64,000 bases of DNA, taken from assembly GCF_009914755.1 (NCBI RefSeq), contig NC_060930.1; one strand, written 5' to 3'. Below the pieces are notes generated by a model. The model was not told the origin of the DNA and searched no databases. It saw only the letters and a list, made by a program, of their open reading frames with translations. A program made the translations under genes and the position numbers. Positions 47,540 to 61,249 of the stretch are shown piece after piece. The number at the start of each line of letters is the position of its first letter. The first letter of the stretch is position 1. This DNA is from the human T2T-CHM13v2.0 reference genome, Homo sapiens.

Positions 47540-47780
47540 CAATCATAATAATACTAGCTACCATTGAGCATTTACACTTCCTAGCATTGTGTCCAACACT
47601 TTACATTCTTTATCTCTCATCCTTATACTCTCAAAAGATGAGGCATTGATATTCCCAGAAAACTGAGATTTGGGGAGGCTAAGTAAATTTGCTTAAGGTT
47701 ATGGAACAAATACATTGCACAGCTGTTACTTGATCATAGATCTGACTGTCTCCAACCATTGGACACTTACTGTTGTCACA
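47540..47780 (-). mobile_element. MIR
   Basis: 'aataatactagctaccattgagcattta..gaaaactgagatt..aggctaagtaa'. Confidence 0.7.
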
Positions 47781-48821
47781 TAAGGGGATTCAGACAGATA
47801 TCTAGCTTATTTTATAACTGTTCTCATTTGATGAGAGATTGTCTATAAAGATGTTTGGTTTTTGTGAGCTTTAATGGCTGATGTAAAACAATTTGGTAAT
47901 TATTTTAAATTTAAAAAAATCTTATAATCAATCTAAACATACTCCTATGTCATATACTGAGACTCTTAGAAAATATTTTAGAGTAGAGGCAAGCAGTCTT
48001 CAGATACTGAATTATAATGCCTATCTACTTTTAAAGAGTGATATGACACCACTTTCAAAAATCTAGACTTCAGATGGCTTCCAAATGTACACCTATATCT
48101 ACAGCAATACTTGGATATAGTATTTCCTGAAATATAGTCTTTCTCTTAAAGAAAAAAAGAATAATATTAGTTCAGGTCCTTGATATATGAGGCAAGGATT
48201 AGAGATTTGTTAAGTAAATGTTGACCCAGACTATATAACTCTAATGAGCAAAATCCCTTTAAAATTTTTAAGGAGATGGGATAACAGTAAGTAATATTTA
48301 TTGAAAGCCTGTTGTGTGTTATGTGCTACTAGGAGCTTAGACAACATAACCTCATGTGGACCTTACAACTGCTCTGGAGGTCAGTCATTGTTCTTGAGTC
48401 GGGCTCTTTTTTCTGGTATAAGAAACAGAGTCACCCCCTCATGCTGTCTCAAAAGGCATGAGTTATTTTAAGGGAGAGTGGGTGGAGGGTTTGTACAGTA
48501 AGGGAACCAGGAAGCTCATGGAATTGTCATACAATCTGGCCTTACAAGCACTTCAGTTACAACTCTGTCAAAATGGGAAGGGGCTCAAGAAACTTGCTTT
48601 TCCCATCTAAGGAAAGGATGGTATTTTCTGGCTTTTGGTGAGGTGATTTATCTTCAGAATGGGTCTAATCTGAAAACAGACCCCACTGGGCAGAAACATG
48701 AAATCCATGTTCATAATTATGTAAATGAAATGAAAATTACTTGCATTCTTATAACATCTATATAAAAATTATAATTTTCTGTTTATTTTCCCACAGTTTT
48801 TCCTGTAATTATATTTTTTGG

Positions 48822-48921
48822 TTACATTACTTTTTATAATAAAATAGTGACATGTTTTACATTACTTTTTATAATAAAATAGTGACAGGTTTTATAATAA
48901 AATAGTGACAGGTTTTATAAA
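48822..48921. repeat. Imperfect tandem repeat of 'ttttataataaaatagtgaca' (3 copies)
   Basis: Seen directly. Confidence 0.9.
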
Positions 48922-49089
48922 AAGCCAATCTGTAATTGGCTTTTTAATGAAATGTGCTTTCCATGGAAATACGCCAAATTTGACACTGGTGTCAATTTCA
49001 CTGTACTCATTCACATATATAATACACACTACACATTTTTACATAGACACATACATATATAAAGGCACACATACCTATATGCGTAATTC

Positions 49090-49375
49090 ATTTAAGCATT
49101 TTTATTATTGGACACTTGAGTTGTTTTCAGTATTTTGCTAATTTAAACAACACCATGTTGAACAACTTTGCATACATACAGTTTCACACATACGTGCATA
49201 TATTCTAAGGAGTGGAATTGCTGGATGCAAATTTACATACCTTTTAAAGATTTGTTACATATTTGTCCTCCGAATCCTCTCTCAAAGTATTGTACCAATT
49301 TATACTTCCCCCAGCATTATATGAGACTCACAATTTCTGTGTACCTTCCTCAAACCTTCACATTCTTCTAATTTG
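49090..49375 (-). mobile_element. L1ME fragment
   Basis: 'ggacacttgagttgttttcag', 'aggagtggaattgctgg', 'tgtaccaatttatacttcccccagc'. Confidence 0.7.
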
Positions 49376-50339
49376 AGCACTTCAGGTATGACCAGACTGT
49401 AGAGCCTCAGGTTACTGCTTATTTACCAATTGTTTTTCAGCTGATACTTTTAAGCCTTCTACTCCAATTAGGCCACAGACTCCTATTTCCTTTCCTTTTA
49501 GGATAATGCTGGCTAGGGCTCATTTAGCCTAATTTCTGTTTTGTGCCCTAGTAGAGTAGCTTCCTTTGTCCATGCTTAAATGATTTCAGAAGTCTAAAAG
49601 CGAATTTTCCAATACATATACCCGCTTCTTTCATGTCAGTAAAATAAAAGCATTATGGGACTGCTCAATTTGATATGTTATCTCAACTAATCTGTTAATA
49701 CTAAATTGCAGACACTCAAAGGTGAGAATCAGTCCTAGGAAGATTGTGAGCAACCAGTCTACAATGCAAATACTAAGCAGGCTCAAAAGCAGATCTATAA
49801 CTACAGCTGCAGCTCCATCAAGGCAACAAGTGGACACATCCTGGCAAAGTACAATCTGACCTCCTTTGTTTTACATTTGCTCATTGTTCTTTAACACATT
49901 TTAACTTGAAAAAGTTAAATAGCCTTCAATAACAAGACAATTACACTGTCATAGAATTAGTGTTGAAATCTTCCAGCTCACATACTAGACAAAACATAGT
50001 TCGCCCAATAACTATCTGGAGGATCCCTGAAGAGGATGCTAACCACATGACTATTGCTTCCCTTATTCAACCCACCCCTGAATGGCATGAAGGCTGTTAG
50101 CTCAGAGTGAAGAGGCTTTTAAACGCTGTCCTGTAGATTGGTATGGACAGGCTGCACTTCCGATTTATCTAGAGAGATATAAGACATGATCCATGGCCAA
50201 GGTAATGGGGTGGGCTCAGACATTTTTAAGTTCCTCCAGTAATTTTGGTAAATAGTTCTAGTTTTTGGAACTATGGCTCAGAGCATCAAAGAGAAATGTA
50301 GCTCCTGCTCCCATCCTGTGAACTTTACACAACTGCCTA

Positions 50340-50591
50340 AAGCTATGATATCTAATATGGTAGACAGTAGCCACTAGGCACATGTGGCTATTGGCCACTT
50401 GAAGTATGCATAGCTAGTCAAGATTTCAAAGACTTACACTAAAACCATAATGTTTTGGACATAGGGGGTTACATAAAAGTATTATAAGACCTAATTTCAT
50501 CTTTTTAAAAACATATTTTAATGTGGCAATAAAGCATTTAAAGTTACATAAGTGGCTTACATTATATTTCTACTGGACAATTTTGATCTAG
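50340..50591. mobile_element. hAT-Charlie MER33/MER3-type
   Basis: 'gtagccactaggcacatgtggctattg', 'gtggcttacattatatttctactggaca'. Confidence 0.7.
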
Positions 50592-51282
50592 AAGGCATAG
50601 GTTCCATAGCTCAGGAACTTTGAGTCATAAAATTTTAAAGTTATAGGAATCTTGTAGATGAAACAATTATCTCACTTTGCGAATGAGGAAACAGGTACCC
50701 CATTGGTAAAGTGACTTATTCTGGTAACCTGAGTTGTTGGTAGAGCCAGGGTATTCCCGAATCCCACAACTCTGGATTTCCATCCAATGCTAGCTTCTCC
50801 CTCCCGTGCTGCTTGTCTTTGGCGACAGTAGCCACACTGAGTGTTTTAGGATTCCTAGAATTCTGAGGCATAGAAAGCCTCACCACTCATAGCCCCTGCT
50901 GTAGTCTCTGCTCACCAGATTCTGTTTGCATAACTAATGCGTCCAAATTCATTACTACAGAACCATAGTCATGCCCTTAAGCAGATGCCTCCTCTTTTCA
51001 CCATCTCACATTATTAGTTTTGCCTCCACACGGAGCTATGGTTTAAGTGAGGCCTTAGTATCTTTGCAAAATATGGTTCCAAAAAACAAATTCTACTTAT
51101 TTGAGTAGTGTGACATTCACTAATAATATTTCTCCCACCCGCATGTTTACTAACATTCTGGTTTTCTCTGGCATCCAGAGAACAATGTTTCTTCTTCTCC
51201 AGTACTAGTTAGAAGGATCAAGTGTTGATGGGTGGTGAGCCCCTCCCTGGCTCATGCCCTTTAGCCACAAAAACAAGTTATC

Positions 51283-51622
<340 letters not shown>

Positions 51623-54032
51623 TTATTTTAAGCCAAAAAATTGTTTTTCTTCTTTCTCATCTTTTAATAAAATATGTAAGAACTTTAATAGTGTTATTGG
51701 TAAGCATCCAAAATATTTAGAAACTACTTCCCCTACCACAGAAATATTTGCTGCTCTGAAGGGTGCAAAGGATCTACTTTCCCCAATGATTCCAAGCCAG
51801 TTGAGATTCATGCATATATGTCCCAAAATGTATTAAAATCCGCGTGCGCACGTGTGTGTGTATTTTTCAAAGTCAGTGCAGATGCATAGAAATGCCCGGC
51901 CCATGTCTGTTGCATTTTGATGTATTTCCTTCTGAATGCCTCAAGTTTAAGCTGATCTGTCAAGTATAGAATTTATAGGGAGTAATTAACCCAAGTCACT
52001 GATAAATTAAAATGTCCCTAGGCAAATAAGAGTATGTGAATAAATCTGATTTTTTAATGATTTCTTAGAACAGGTCACAGAAATACTTTCAATTTCAGTC
52101 CTTTACTGTCTAGTTGAATCCTTGCTGCTGGAAGAAGGCAGGCGAGTCTTCTTTGCCTTTCTTCAAAGCCTGGTATCCAATGCAGCAAAAATTCCTGATC
52201 ATGAGTCTCTTTCCTACATGACTTGTAGGTGATTTTTTTGTTTGTTTGTTTTTTCTGCTACTGACTGTTTCTGATCATAGAGATCTAGGGCAATGACATT
52301 CACTTTGTGAATAGTAATAAATGAAAATGTCATGTTTGGAGATATAATATCACTACCATCTGTAATAGCAGACTGCAGCCTACATTGGCATAAATACTAG
52401 TGCCATACAATTATTTATAAATGGAGCTTTGTTGAGGGGAAGAGTTATTCTTTAATTAATAAAAATCTAAGACAAAGTGGTGATGGAATATGCCAGGTGT
52501 AGGGTAGAAAATGCAGTTCTTGGAAGTATCCTTCCCAGTGGCAGGAACTGAAGACTCCAGATCAACCAGGTGGACCTTTTCGTTGATGAGCTGATAGCTT
52601 CTAGGCTGTGGGGAACCTCTGGTGCCTTACAACTCCAACTACTGCAGAATTTCTTGTTGTGCCTCATAAACAAATGATCTTCCTATTGGAAGAGCTACGT
52701 GGTCCTTGGACAAACAAAGATAGTGTATTGCTTTAAACCTTATCTATTTGCTACAGTTTCCTTCTCCTGCCAATATGAGCATGCCTCTAAATGCCACAAG
52801 GTGTTTGAATTTAATCAAAGTTGGCTCTACTTTTGCCTTTTGTTTGGCTAAAGCATCAAGCCATCTTCTTGATGCTTTATTGTGTTTATCAGTCAGATTT
52901 ATGTAGGTTAGAAAGCATTCAGAAGTCATTATTTCAGTTTCATAGTTCTTAGAGGTCTATACCCTTAAACTTTGAAAGTAAACATGAACAGTATCTCTCT
53001 ACACATACACAGTAACCTCAGTGCAATGTTTTTAAGCTTCAAGTTGCAATCTATTAGTGGGTCTTGAAATCTATTTGGTTGATCAAATTCTCTTTCTTTT
53101 TTAATGAAATAGACTGAAATAAAAAATAGAAACATTGACTTCTGAAACTTTAATATATATATATTTCTATATCTTTATTGTCTATCTTCCTATTTATCAT
53201 CTGCCTATCCATATTAGTTTTAGTTTAAAGAAAAGGTTTGAAGAAAATCTGCCTTAAGGGAACTCTCAGAAATAGATTATTAGAGTACATAACAATTCTT
53301 ATGATTTCATGCTAGACTAAATAGGGAACACTTACTATACAAGCATTTGTAGGTTTGCCTCTATGATATCTTTCACAACTTCCTCCTTCTAAACCTCCAT
53401 ACTATTATTTTTTTAACGGTAGATTAGAAAAGGGGGTAATCATAAGTCTTAAGGATTTTAGTAATTGTTGTCAACCATCTATGATCAAATTTAAATATAC
53501 TTTTCTTCCTATTTATAATTTTAGTTCAGCTACTGTAGTTATATAGCTTTTGTTTCCTATATATAGCAAATACTGTTTTAATATTAGTAAAATTCAGAAG
53601 CTTCTTGTCTAGGTTTAAATTTCAGAGAACGACAGCTGATAGATCAGGGATAAATAAAAGTTAGTATTATTCTTTCACACTCAGAATAAAAACTGTAATA
53701 CAGATCATTAATTTCAGTACAGTGTATAGGACAGGTAATATGGTTAAGTGGAAACAGATAGGCTTTGCAATATTATTACAAATTAGGAATCTATAATACT
53801 TCCATTACTTTTCAAGCATATGCTAGCTCATCTATCGTTCTGAGTGTTGATGTAGCTCATTTTACTCACCAAATGGCATCTGTTGACTTGTGAGGCAAGA
53901 TCTCTTAGGTTAGTTTGTTAAGCCATAGTCATTCTTAGTAGCATCCAAAGAAAGCACAGTTCATATGGCAACATTATTTTCAAATGATTCCCCACAAAAT
54001 TGTTTTACTTAAAAACTTGCTTAAAGAGAAGG

Positions 54033-54395
54033 TATATTACACCATGGAATACTATGCAGCTATAAAAAGGAACAAGATCATGTCCTTTGCAGAGTCATGG
54101 ATGGAGTCATTATCCTCAGCAAACTAACGCAGGAACAGAAAACCAAACACCGCATGTTCTCACTTATAAGTAGGAGCTGAATGATAAGAACACAGGGAGG
54201 AGAACAACACACACTGGGGCCTGTGGGTGACAGGGGAGGGAGAGCATCAGGAAACACAGCTAATGGATGCTGGGCTTAATACCTAGGTGATGGGTTGATA
54301 GGTGCAGCAAACCACCATGGCACACATTTACCTATGTCACAAAACACATCCTGCACATGTACCCTGGAACTTAAAATTTTTAAAAATTTTGAAAA
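54033..54395 (+). mobile_element. Short 3' fragment of an older L1PA (about PA10-12)
   Basis: ORF2 tail and 3'UTR 'gggagagcatcaggaa..gctgggcttaatacctaggtgatggg'. Confidence 0.88.
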
Positions 54396-55088
54396 AGGTA
54401 AGGAATATTTATCTGCATCTGCATCTGGAAAAAAAGTCATATCTTGACATGTATTTTAATATTTCATTTGTAATTTCCTGGTAATTTTACTTATTGAAAC
54501 ATGGGGAAAATATTCAAAAGCTAGTTTTTAAAAGACTTGAAAATAAAGGTGACACCATTATCCCTCTTTAAATAGAGCATGAATATTTGAATGAATTTAC
54601 CAATTTAGTGTTAACTCTCAGTCCCTTTGTAACATTAGTGTGGATACTTAATATGTACATAAATTTGGAAAAGGTCGCCACGTTGGCCGCATCATAATTC
54701 TAATAAAGTCAGATGCTCAAATACCACTTTTAATAACTTTCCTATTAAGCCCCAGCACTTTAAAGATGATAGTTAATTTTGATTCTTCAGTTACTTATTC
54801 CTCTGTGATGAATTTGACATTTTTAATTTTTTTTTAATGCCTTGCATGCCTTGGGGAGAAAAGAAAAACTATGAGTTGAGTTTTCTGCTTTTATGTGCTA
54901 ATATTTGTGCTGACTGCATGACAATTAAATTCACTGGTCAGAGTTCTGATGATTTGGGATACATTTTTTAAGATGCCATTTTTTACAGCTATTATTGTAA
55001 AATTTGAGGAAAATGACATCTATAATTTTTATCATAGAGCCATTTATATTCTAATATTAAAAGAGATTTTAAAATTATGTAACTGAAG

Positions 55089-55390
55089 TTTTTTGTTTTG
55101 TTTTTGTTTTTTTTGAGATGGAGTCTCGCTCTGTTGCCCAGGCTGGAGTGGCGTGATCTCGGCTGACCACAACCTCCGCTTCCTGGGTTCAGGCGATTCT
55201 TCTGCCTTAGCCTCCCCAGTAGCTGCGATTACAGGTGTACGCCACCACGCCTGGGTAACTTTTTCTACTTTTAGTAGAGGTGGGGTTTCACCATGTTGGG
55301 CAGGCTGGTGTCAAACTCCTGACCTTGTGATCTGCCTGCCTCAGCCTCCCAAAGTGCTGGGATTACAGGTGTGAGACACTGCACCCGGCC
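55089..55390 (-). mobile_element. AluS
   Basis: Antisense dimer. Confidence 0.94.
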
Positions 55391-55540
55391 GAATATAAGT
55401 TTTAACATCAAGAAATACCCATAGCTTCTTAGTTTATATGGCTTAATGAGCTTTTTTGAGATTTACAAAATAATCAGATTGTTTTCCAGAATTATTCCTG
55501 GACTCACAATTTGTAAGATTCTTTTAAAATATCTCAAGAG

Positions 55541-55717
<177 letters not shown>

Positions 55718-56082
55718 TCATAAGCCTCTGGCTGCTCTCCAAACTCTTATTTAGTCTTATCCAGTAGAAACACATTAACCATCAAATAAATCCTTGATTT
55801 TTACTGAAAAATAAAGAAGCTTATATTTAGCAAATGTACTATCACAATAGTACTTCTCAAAAAGTTCCTGTTTAATGCATTATGTCATCAACTGATTAAT
55901 GAAAAGGGACTCACAACAAACGTGAGTCGTATCTGAAGCTACAAAATAGAGCTATTCTATCATCCTCCTTCTGATGAAAATTATCTAGACTATGTATTGT
56001 ATTATATACATATTTTGTATATGTCATTATATTAAAATATATACCGTTTTAGACTGTAAAGACCCTCAGAGATATTCTGCAC

Positions 56083-56905
56083 CAGTGGTTCTCAGATGGG
56101 ATTCACTTTCAAAAGCTGTAAAACTTGTTTAGACTATGCATCCTGCAACAGGTAAACTGGAATCTCTGTGATAGGGCCCCAGGTATCAAAGGTTTATAAA
56201 TTCCCTAAGTGATTCCAATATACAGTCTAAGTGTTAAGAACTATTGGCTTAGGCCAGTGGTCTTCAAACTCAAAGGTACATAAGAATCACCTGCAGAGTT
56301 TTTTAAAACATGGATTCCTGGCCCTCACCCCTAGAGAATCTAATTAAGTAGATCTGGGATTGGTCTGAAAATTTTCAAGATCTCAAGTGCTATGGACTGA
56401 ATTTTGTTCCCCAAAATTCATATGTAAGCCCCAACCCCCAATGTGACCATATTTGGAAATAGAGCTTTTAGGATTAAAGAAAGGCAAAATGAGGTCATAA
56501 GGGTGGTGCCTTATAAGAGGGAGAAAGAGAAATCACTCTATCTCCATGTGCAGGCCACGTGAGAACATAGGCTACTGTCTGCAAGCAAGGAAGAGAACCC
56601 TCATCAGAAACAGAATTGGTTAGCACCTTGATCTTGAACTTCCTAGCCTCCAGCACTGTGAGAAATAAATTTCTATTGTTTTAGCCATCCAGTCTATGGT
56701 ATTTTGTCATGGCATCCCAGGCTGACTAATGAATCAGTGATGCTAATAGCAGTGGTCCATGGACCATATTTTTGAGCACCTCTAGCCTAGGCCACATCCC
56801 CCAGAAATTTCGCTTTAATTTGTCTGGAGGTAGTACAGGGCATCATTTATTTTCCCAAAGTTTCCTGGGTGGTCCTAAAGTATAACCATACTTGAGAACA
56901 AATGA
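56083..56905. mobile_element. Cluster of MER5A/B (hAT-Charlie) elements
   Basis: 'cagtggttctca', 'agaatcacctg', 'agtgatgcta..ggtccatggaccat'. Confidence 0.7.
56388..56732 (+). mobile_element. MLT1A-type LTR nested in MER5A
   Basis: tgctatggactgaat start; 'gcaccttgatcttgaacttcctagcctccag..ctgtgagaaataaatttct'. Confidence 0.82.
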
Positions 56906-57226
56906 AGTAGAATGGTTTCTTCTATTTATAGCTAAGGACACTAAGACTCAAAAGAAGTTAAGTGATTTTCCCAAGTTATCATGGTTTATGCTACTGCTGA
57001 TTTTTCCAAATGTACAGGGGAAGTAAAAACAGAATTTCTTCTAGGGTCAATTTAGTCCTAGAACCTAGAACTTTCAGTTTCCAGAATTAACCCATTAATT
57101 TCCCCCCAGACAACATTAAAATTTGTCAATTTCAGGCAGATTCATTTAAAGTAACTTTTCCATTATACTACAATCCAAGATTGTTGTATCCTATATCTAT
57201 TTCTACTTTGTAACAGTTGCTTTTTT

Positions 57227-57445
57227 TTGCCACGTTTAATGACTGATCAGAAAGTGAGATATTTAAATATATATATACACACACACATATATGCATATAT
57301 GTGTGTGCTTGTGTGTGTGTGTCTATATGATAGATACTTGCCACATGTTTAATGACTGATCAGAAAGTGAGATTTTAAAATATACATATATATACACATG
57401 TGTGTGCTTTGTGTGTGTGTGTGTATATATATATGATAGATACTT
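57227..57445. repeat. Tandem duplication, ~111-bp unit x2
   Basis: Both units start 'ttgccac..gtttaatgactgatcagaaagtgagat' and end 'tgatagatactt'. Confidence 0.92.
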
Positions 57446-58808
57446 AGCTGATCTTCACACCACAACATTAATCTGCCCACCATGAACAGAAGCACTGCTA
57501 TCAAGTATCAGCCTTCTTGTATAATAACAGGAAATTCAGAAAATTGATTCATGCAATAAAAAGATGGAAATTTATTAGAACTTTTAAATACCTTAATTCC
57601 CAGGTATAATCAGAGGAAAAATAACTCAAGATGGGTGAAAGTTTATTAAAGATTTCACCTCAAGGACAGGCATTTAGTTAGATAGTGATTTTACATATGT
57701 AGTGATGTGAACTTACATTGTTCATATATCGGGGAGAAATTACATCATAAGTAAAACAACACATTAAGCTTAACGCTGCTAAATGAAAGGTGCCATCCCC
57801 TGCACATTCTGAGTAGGCACTTGATTTCTTTCAAAAATCAACCTTATTTCTTCTTAGGCACTGATATTTTGTTAATGGAGCAAATGAATCTACATTTTTT
57901 CATAAATTGCCAGAGTTAATATGAAATATGCACTTCCCAAAAGGAGAAGTTAGTTGTACATTTTTGGCCAATGATTCAGCAAGGAGAAGTGAGAAAAAGA
58001 AAATCTGGCTAGGAATCAGGAGGCTTGACTTCTCCTTCCACTTCTAACTAATTAGCAGCAAAAACTGGTAACAGTCCCCATCTATGTTAACCTTGGTTTC
58101 TTTGTAAAACAAAATGGTTAGAATATAATTATTCCAAGTTTCCTTATACTTTTCTCACTTAGATGACAAATACTTCTAAGGAATGCTGTGTTTTTTGTTT
58201 GTTTGTTAAACTGTTGTTGGGTTTTTATTTTGTTATTTTAACATTTTTTTAAAATGGCAGTGTTTCCATTTGGCCAAGATGAGTAAAAATGGCAAAATCA
58301 AAATGTCACTATTAAAAAATCAAAAATGAAAGAAAACATGGAAAAAGAACCAGTGTGTATTCTTTGGAGTTTGGTGAGAAAGGACATAGAAACATGTCAC
58401 TAGACTACATACTTAAGTTTAACATCAGCAAACTGTCGACTATTTCCCATCTAAAAGATACTATAAATGCAAAATAGCCAAGATTTTCTTTGCCTGACAC
58501 GGGTAATCTCATCAGCAGAAGAAAAGGCCTGAGCAGAAGGAGAAGTCTGAATGGCCTGGCTGTTAAATGTTTTACTGGAATTCACTATGTGTAATACTCA
58601 GGCAGCAGAAACTTGAAGTGAAACATTAACTGCAATATGAAGTCAACTTCACTAGTTCAGCCAGTATTGACATCAAATATTATTTTTCCCAAACTGCATA
58701 TCCAACAAAAGTATTTAGAAAGAAATACATTAGTGAGCTTGAGTTAATAAAAACTAATCTTCACAATATTTTATATAATTAATAAACCAGAAGAAATGTG
58801 GCAAATAA

Positions 58809-59169
<361 letters not shown>

Positions 59170-59191
59170 TATTTAGTAACACTCTATAAAA

Positions 59192-59830
59192 CAGTGGTTC
59201 CAAACTTTTGGTACATTGGAATCACAGAGTTTTAAACACCTCAAACTTTCTAATTTGGTTGGTACAGACTATAACTGGGGCATCGGAAGTTCTTTTTTTG
59301 TGGGGGGGATGGAGTCTTGCTCTATCGCCCAGGCTGGAGTGCAGTGGTGCAATCGGCTCACTGCAAGCTCCGCCTCCTGGGTTCACGCCATTCTCCTGCC
59401 TCAGCCTCCCAAGTAGCTGGGACTACAAGCACCCACCACCACGCCTGGCTAATTTTTTGTATATTTAGTAGAGACGGGGTTTCACCATGTTAGCCAGGAT
59501 GGTCTCGATCTCCTGACCTCGTGATCTGCCCATCTCGGCCTCCCAAAGTGCTGGGATCACAGCCGTGAGCCACCGCACGTGGCCGGAAGTTCTTAAAGCT
59601 CTCCAGATGGTTCTAATGTGCAGCAAAGTTTGGGAAGCACCACTACGTAGCATTGGTTCTAACTCTGGCTGCACATTGGAACTATCTCGTACCTTTAAAA
59701 GCATATGGGGTATCTGGACTTCATCCTAGAAGGAATTAAATCAGAATTTCTAAGAGTACAACTAGGCATTGGTGTGTTTTGGGTTCTCCCAAGTGATGCT
59801 AATATGCACCCAGGGGTTAGAATTACTATT
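59192..59830. mobile_element. Two adjacent MER5-type elements, the first split by AluY
   Basis: 'cagtggttccaaac..cattggaatcac', 'gttctaatgtgcagcaaagtttggga', 'agtgatgctaatatgcacc'. Confidence 0.72.
59293..59584 (-). mobile_element. AluY
   Basis: 'gcaagctccgcc', 'ttagccaggatggtctcgatc'; TSD ggaagttctt. Confidence 0.95.
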
Positions 59831-60084
59831 ATAGAATACTGCCACGACAATCCTTATCTCCTCCTGAAGAGCACAGAAGGCTTGATTTCCAAACTATTGC
59901 AAAAACTGGCATGACCTCAACTACTTTTAGCAGGGTTCTGAGAGGTAGGGTATCACTCACCTTAATTGCTTCAGATCCTGCCTGAAAAATGCCCAGGCAT
60001 GTTCCAGTCCACACAAGACTGATTCCAAAGGGTGTATCTCTCACTGACAGCCCCTAGAACCATTCTAAGTTATGACAATAAACA

Positions 60085-60310
60085 CCTACTTACTGAGTTC
60101 TCATTCCTTGGCAGGTATTTTATATACAACGTTTGGTTTGCTCCTTCCAGAAACTGTATGAGAAAAGTTTGCATATCAAAATCCTACTGATGAGAAAGTG
60201 GAACTCAACAATGTTAAATGACTTGCCTGCCTAAGGTCACACAGTTAGTGACAGAGTCTAGATTTCAGCCTAGTTTTGTTCAACTTCAAAGTCCTTGCTC
60301 TTATTTGATG
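60085..60310 (-). mobile_element. MIR
   Basis: 'gttaaatgacttgcc..aaggtcacacagttagt'. Confidence 0.7.
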
Positions 60311-61040
60311 GACACATTAAATTATCCACCATGGTATCTAGACTGGGACACAGCCACAATCTGAAAATTGAATTCTAATTTAATAAACGTGCCCTCTGCC
60401 AGGAAATATGAGGAATGGCTATAGAAATGAAGAAGAGTCTCTACCATGAAGGAGCTTATAATACTAAATGTTACACTCCTTTTGGTCTATTAAGTCTAAG
60501 GAAAAGAATAAACATCTAATTTCATTCATTCATGTAACAAATATCAGTAATTTTTGTAATTTCAGAGAACAATATTATAATTTGGAAGGTGTTTAGGACA
60601 CCTTAGGTAGTTTATAATAAGAGGTGATATAAAATCATCCATTTCAAAAGTCAATTGTCAATGAATGGAGAATAGCTTTCAACTGAGGCCAGGATACGCA
60701 AACTGTAAATGAGGCTTTAGACACAAAAAGTTAGTCTAGGCCAAGTGGTTTAGTGGAAGGATCCTAGATTTTATGTCAGAAAACATAATTGTTATGTGGT
60801 CTGAACCATTTATGGTTTGGAAAATTCACTTTAACTTTCAGAGCCTCTGTTTCCTCATCAGTCAGTGCCTGTGAGGATAAAAGGAGACACGTATGGACGT
60901 GCCTGGTACATTTCATGACCTATTAGAAGATTGTGAGGCCAGGAAGTATGTACCTGCAGAAATCTCAAATTGTGACTTGCAGTGGAGGTGGAATTCAATT
61001 ATTATTAAGAATGTAGGTCAATGTTTCATTTTTTTTAAAG

Positions 61041-61249
61041 ATGAAAACTAAGCCCACGAAGCTTGAGTCATCTGGAGATGAAGCAGTCGCAGCGGAGCAG
61101 TCTTGGTAATGGAGAAGATCATGTCAGCGCTGAGAAAGGCAGGGAGGGAGGCCTGAGCAAGGAAGCTTGGAGAAGCCTCTGGAGGATGCCTGGCCAGGGC
61201 TGAATGCTCAGAAATGGAAGGGAAAGCTCAGGAGATTATCACTGAATCA
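61041..61249 (+). other. Candidate non-coding exon or enhancer
   Basis: ttttttttaaag| acceptor, tca|gtaagt donor, AP-1 TGAGTCA at 61064-61070, several retained CpGs. Confidence 0.25.

Noticed and set aside
57227-57445. CRISPR-like array or miRNA cluster
   Set aside because: Only two units, microsatellite rather than unique spacers, eukaryotic context, and no match to a miRNA I recognise
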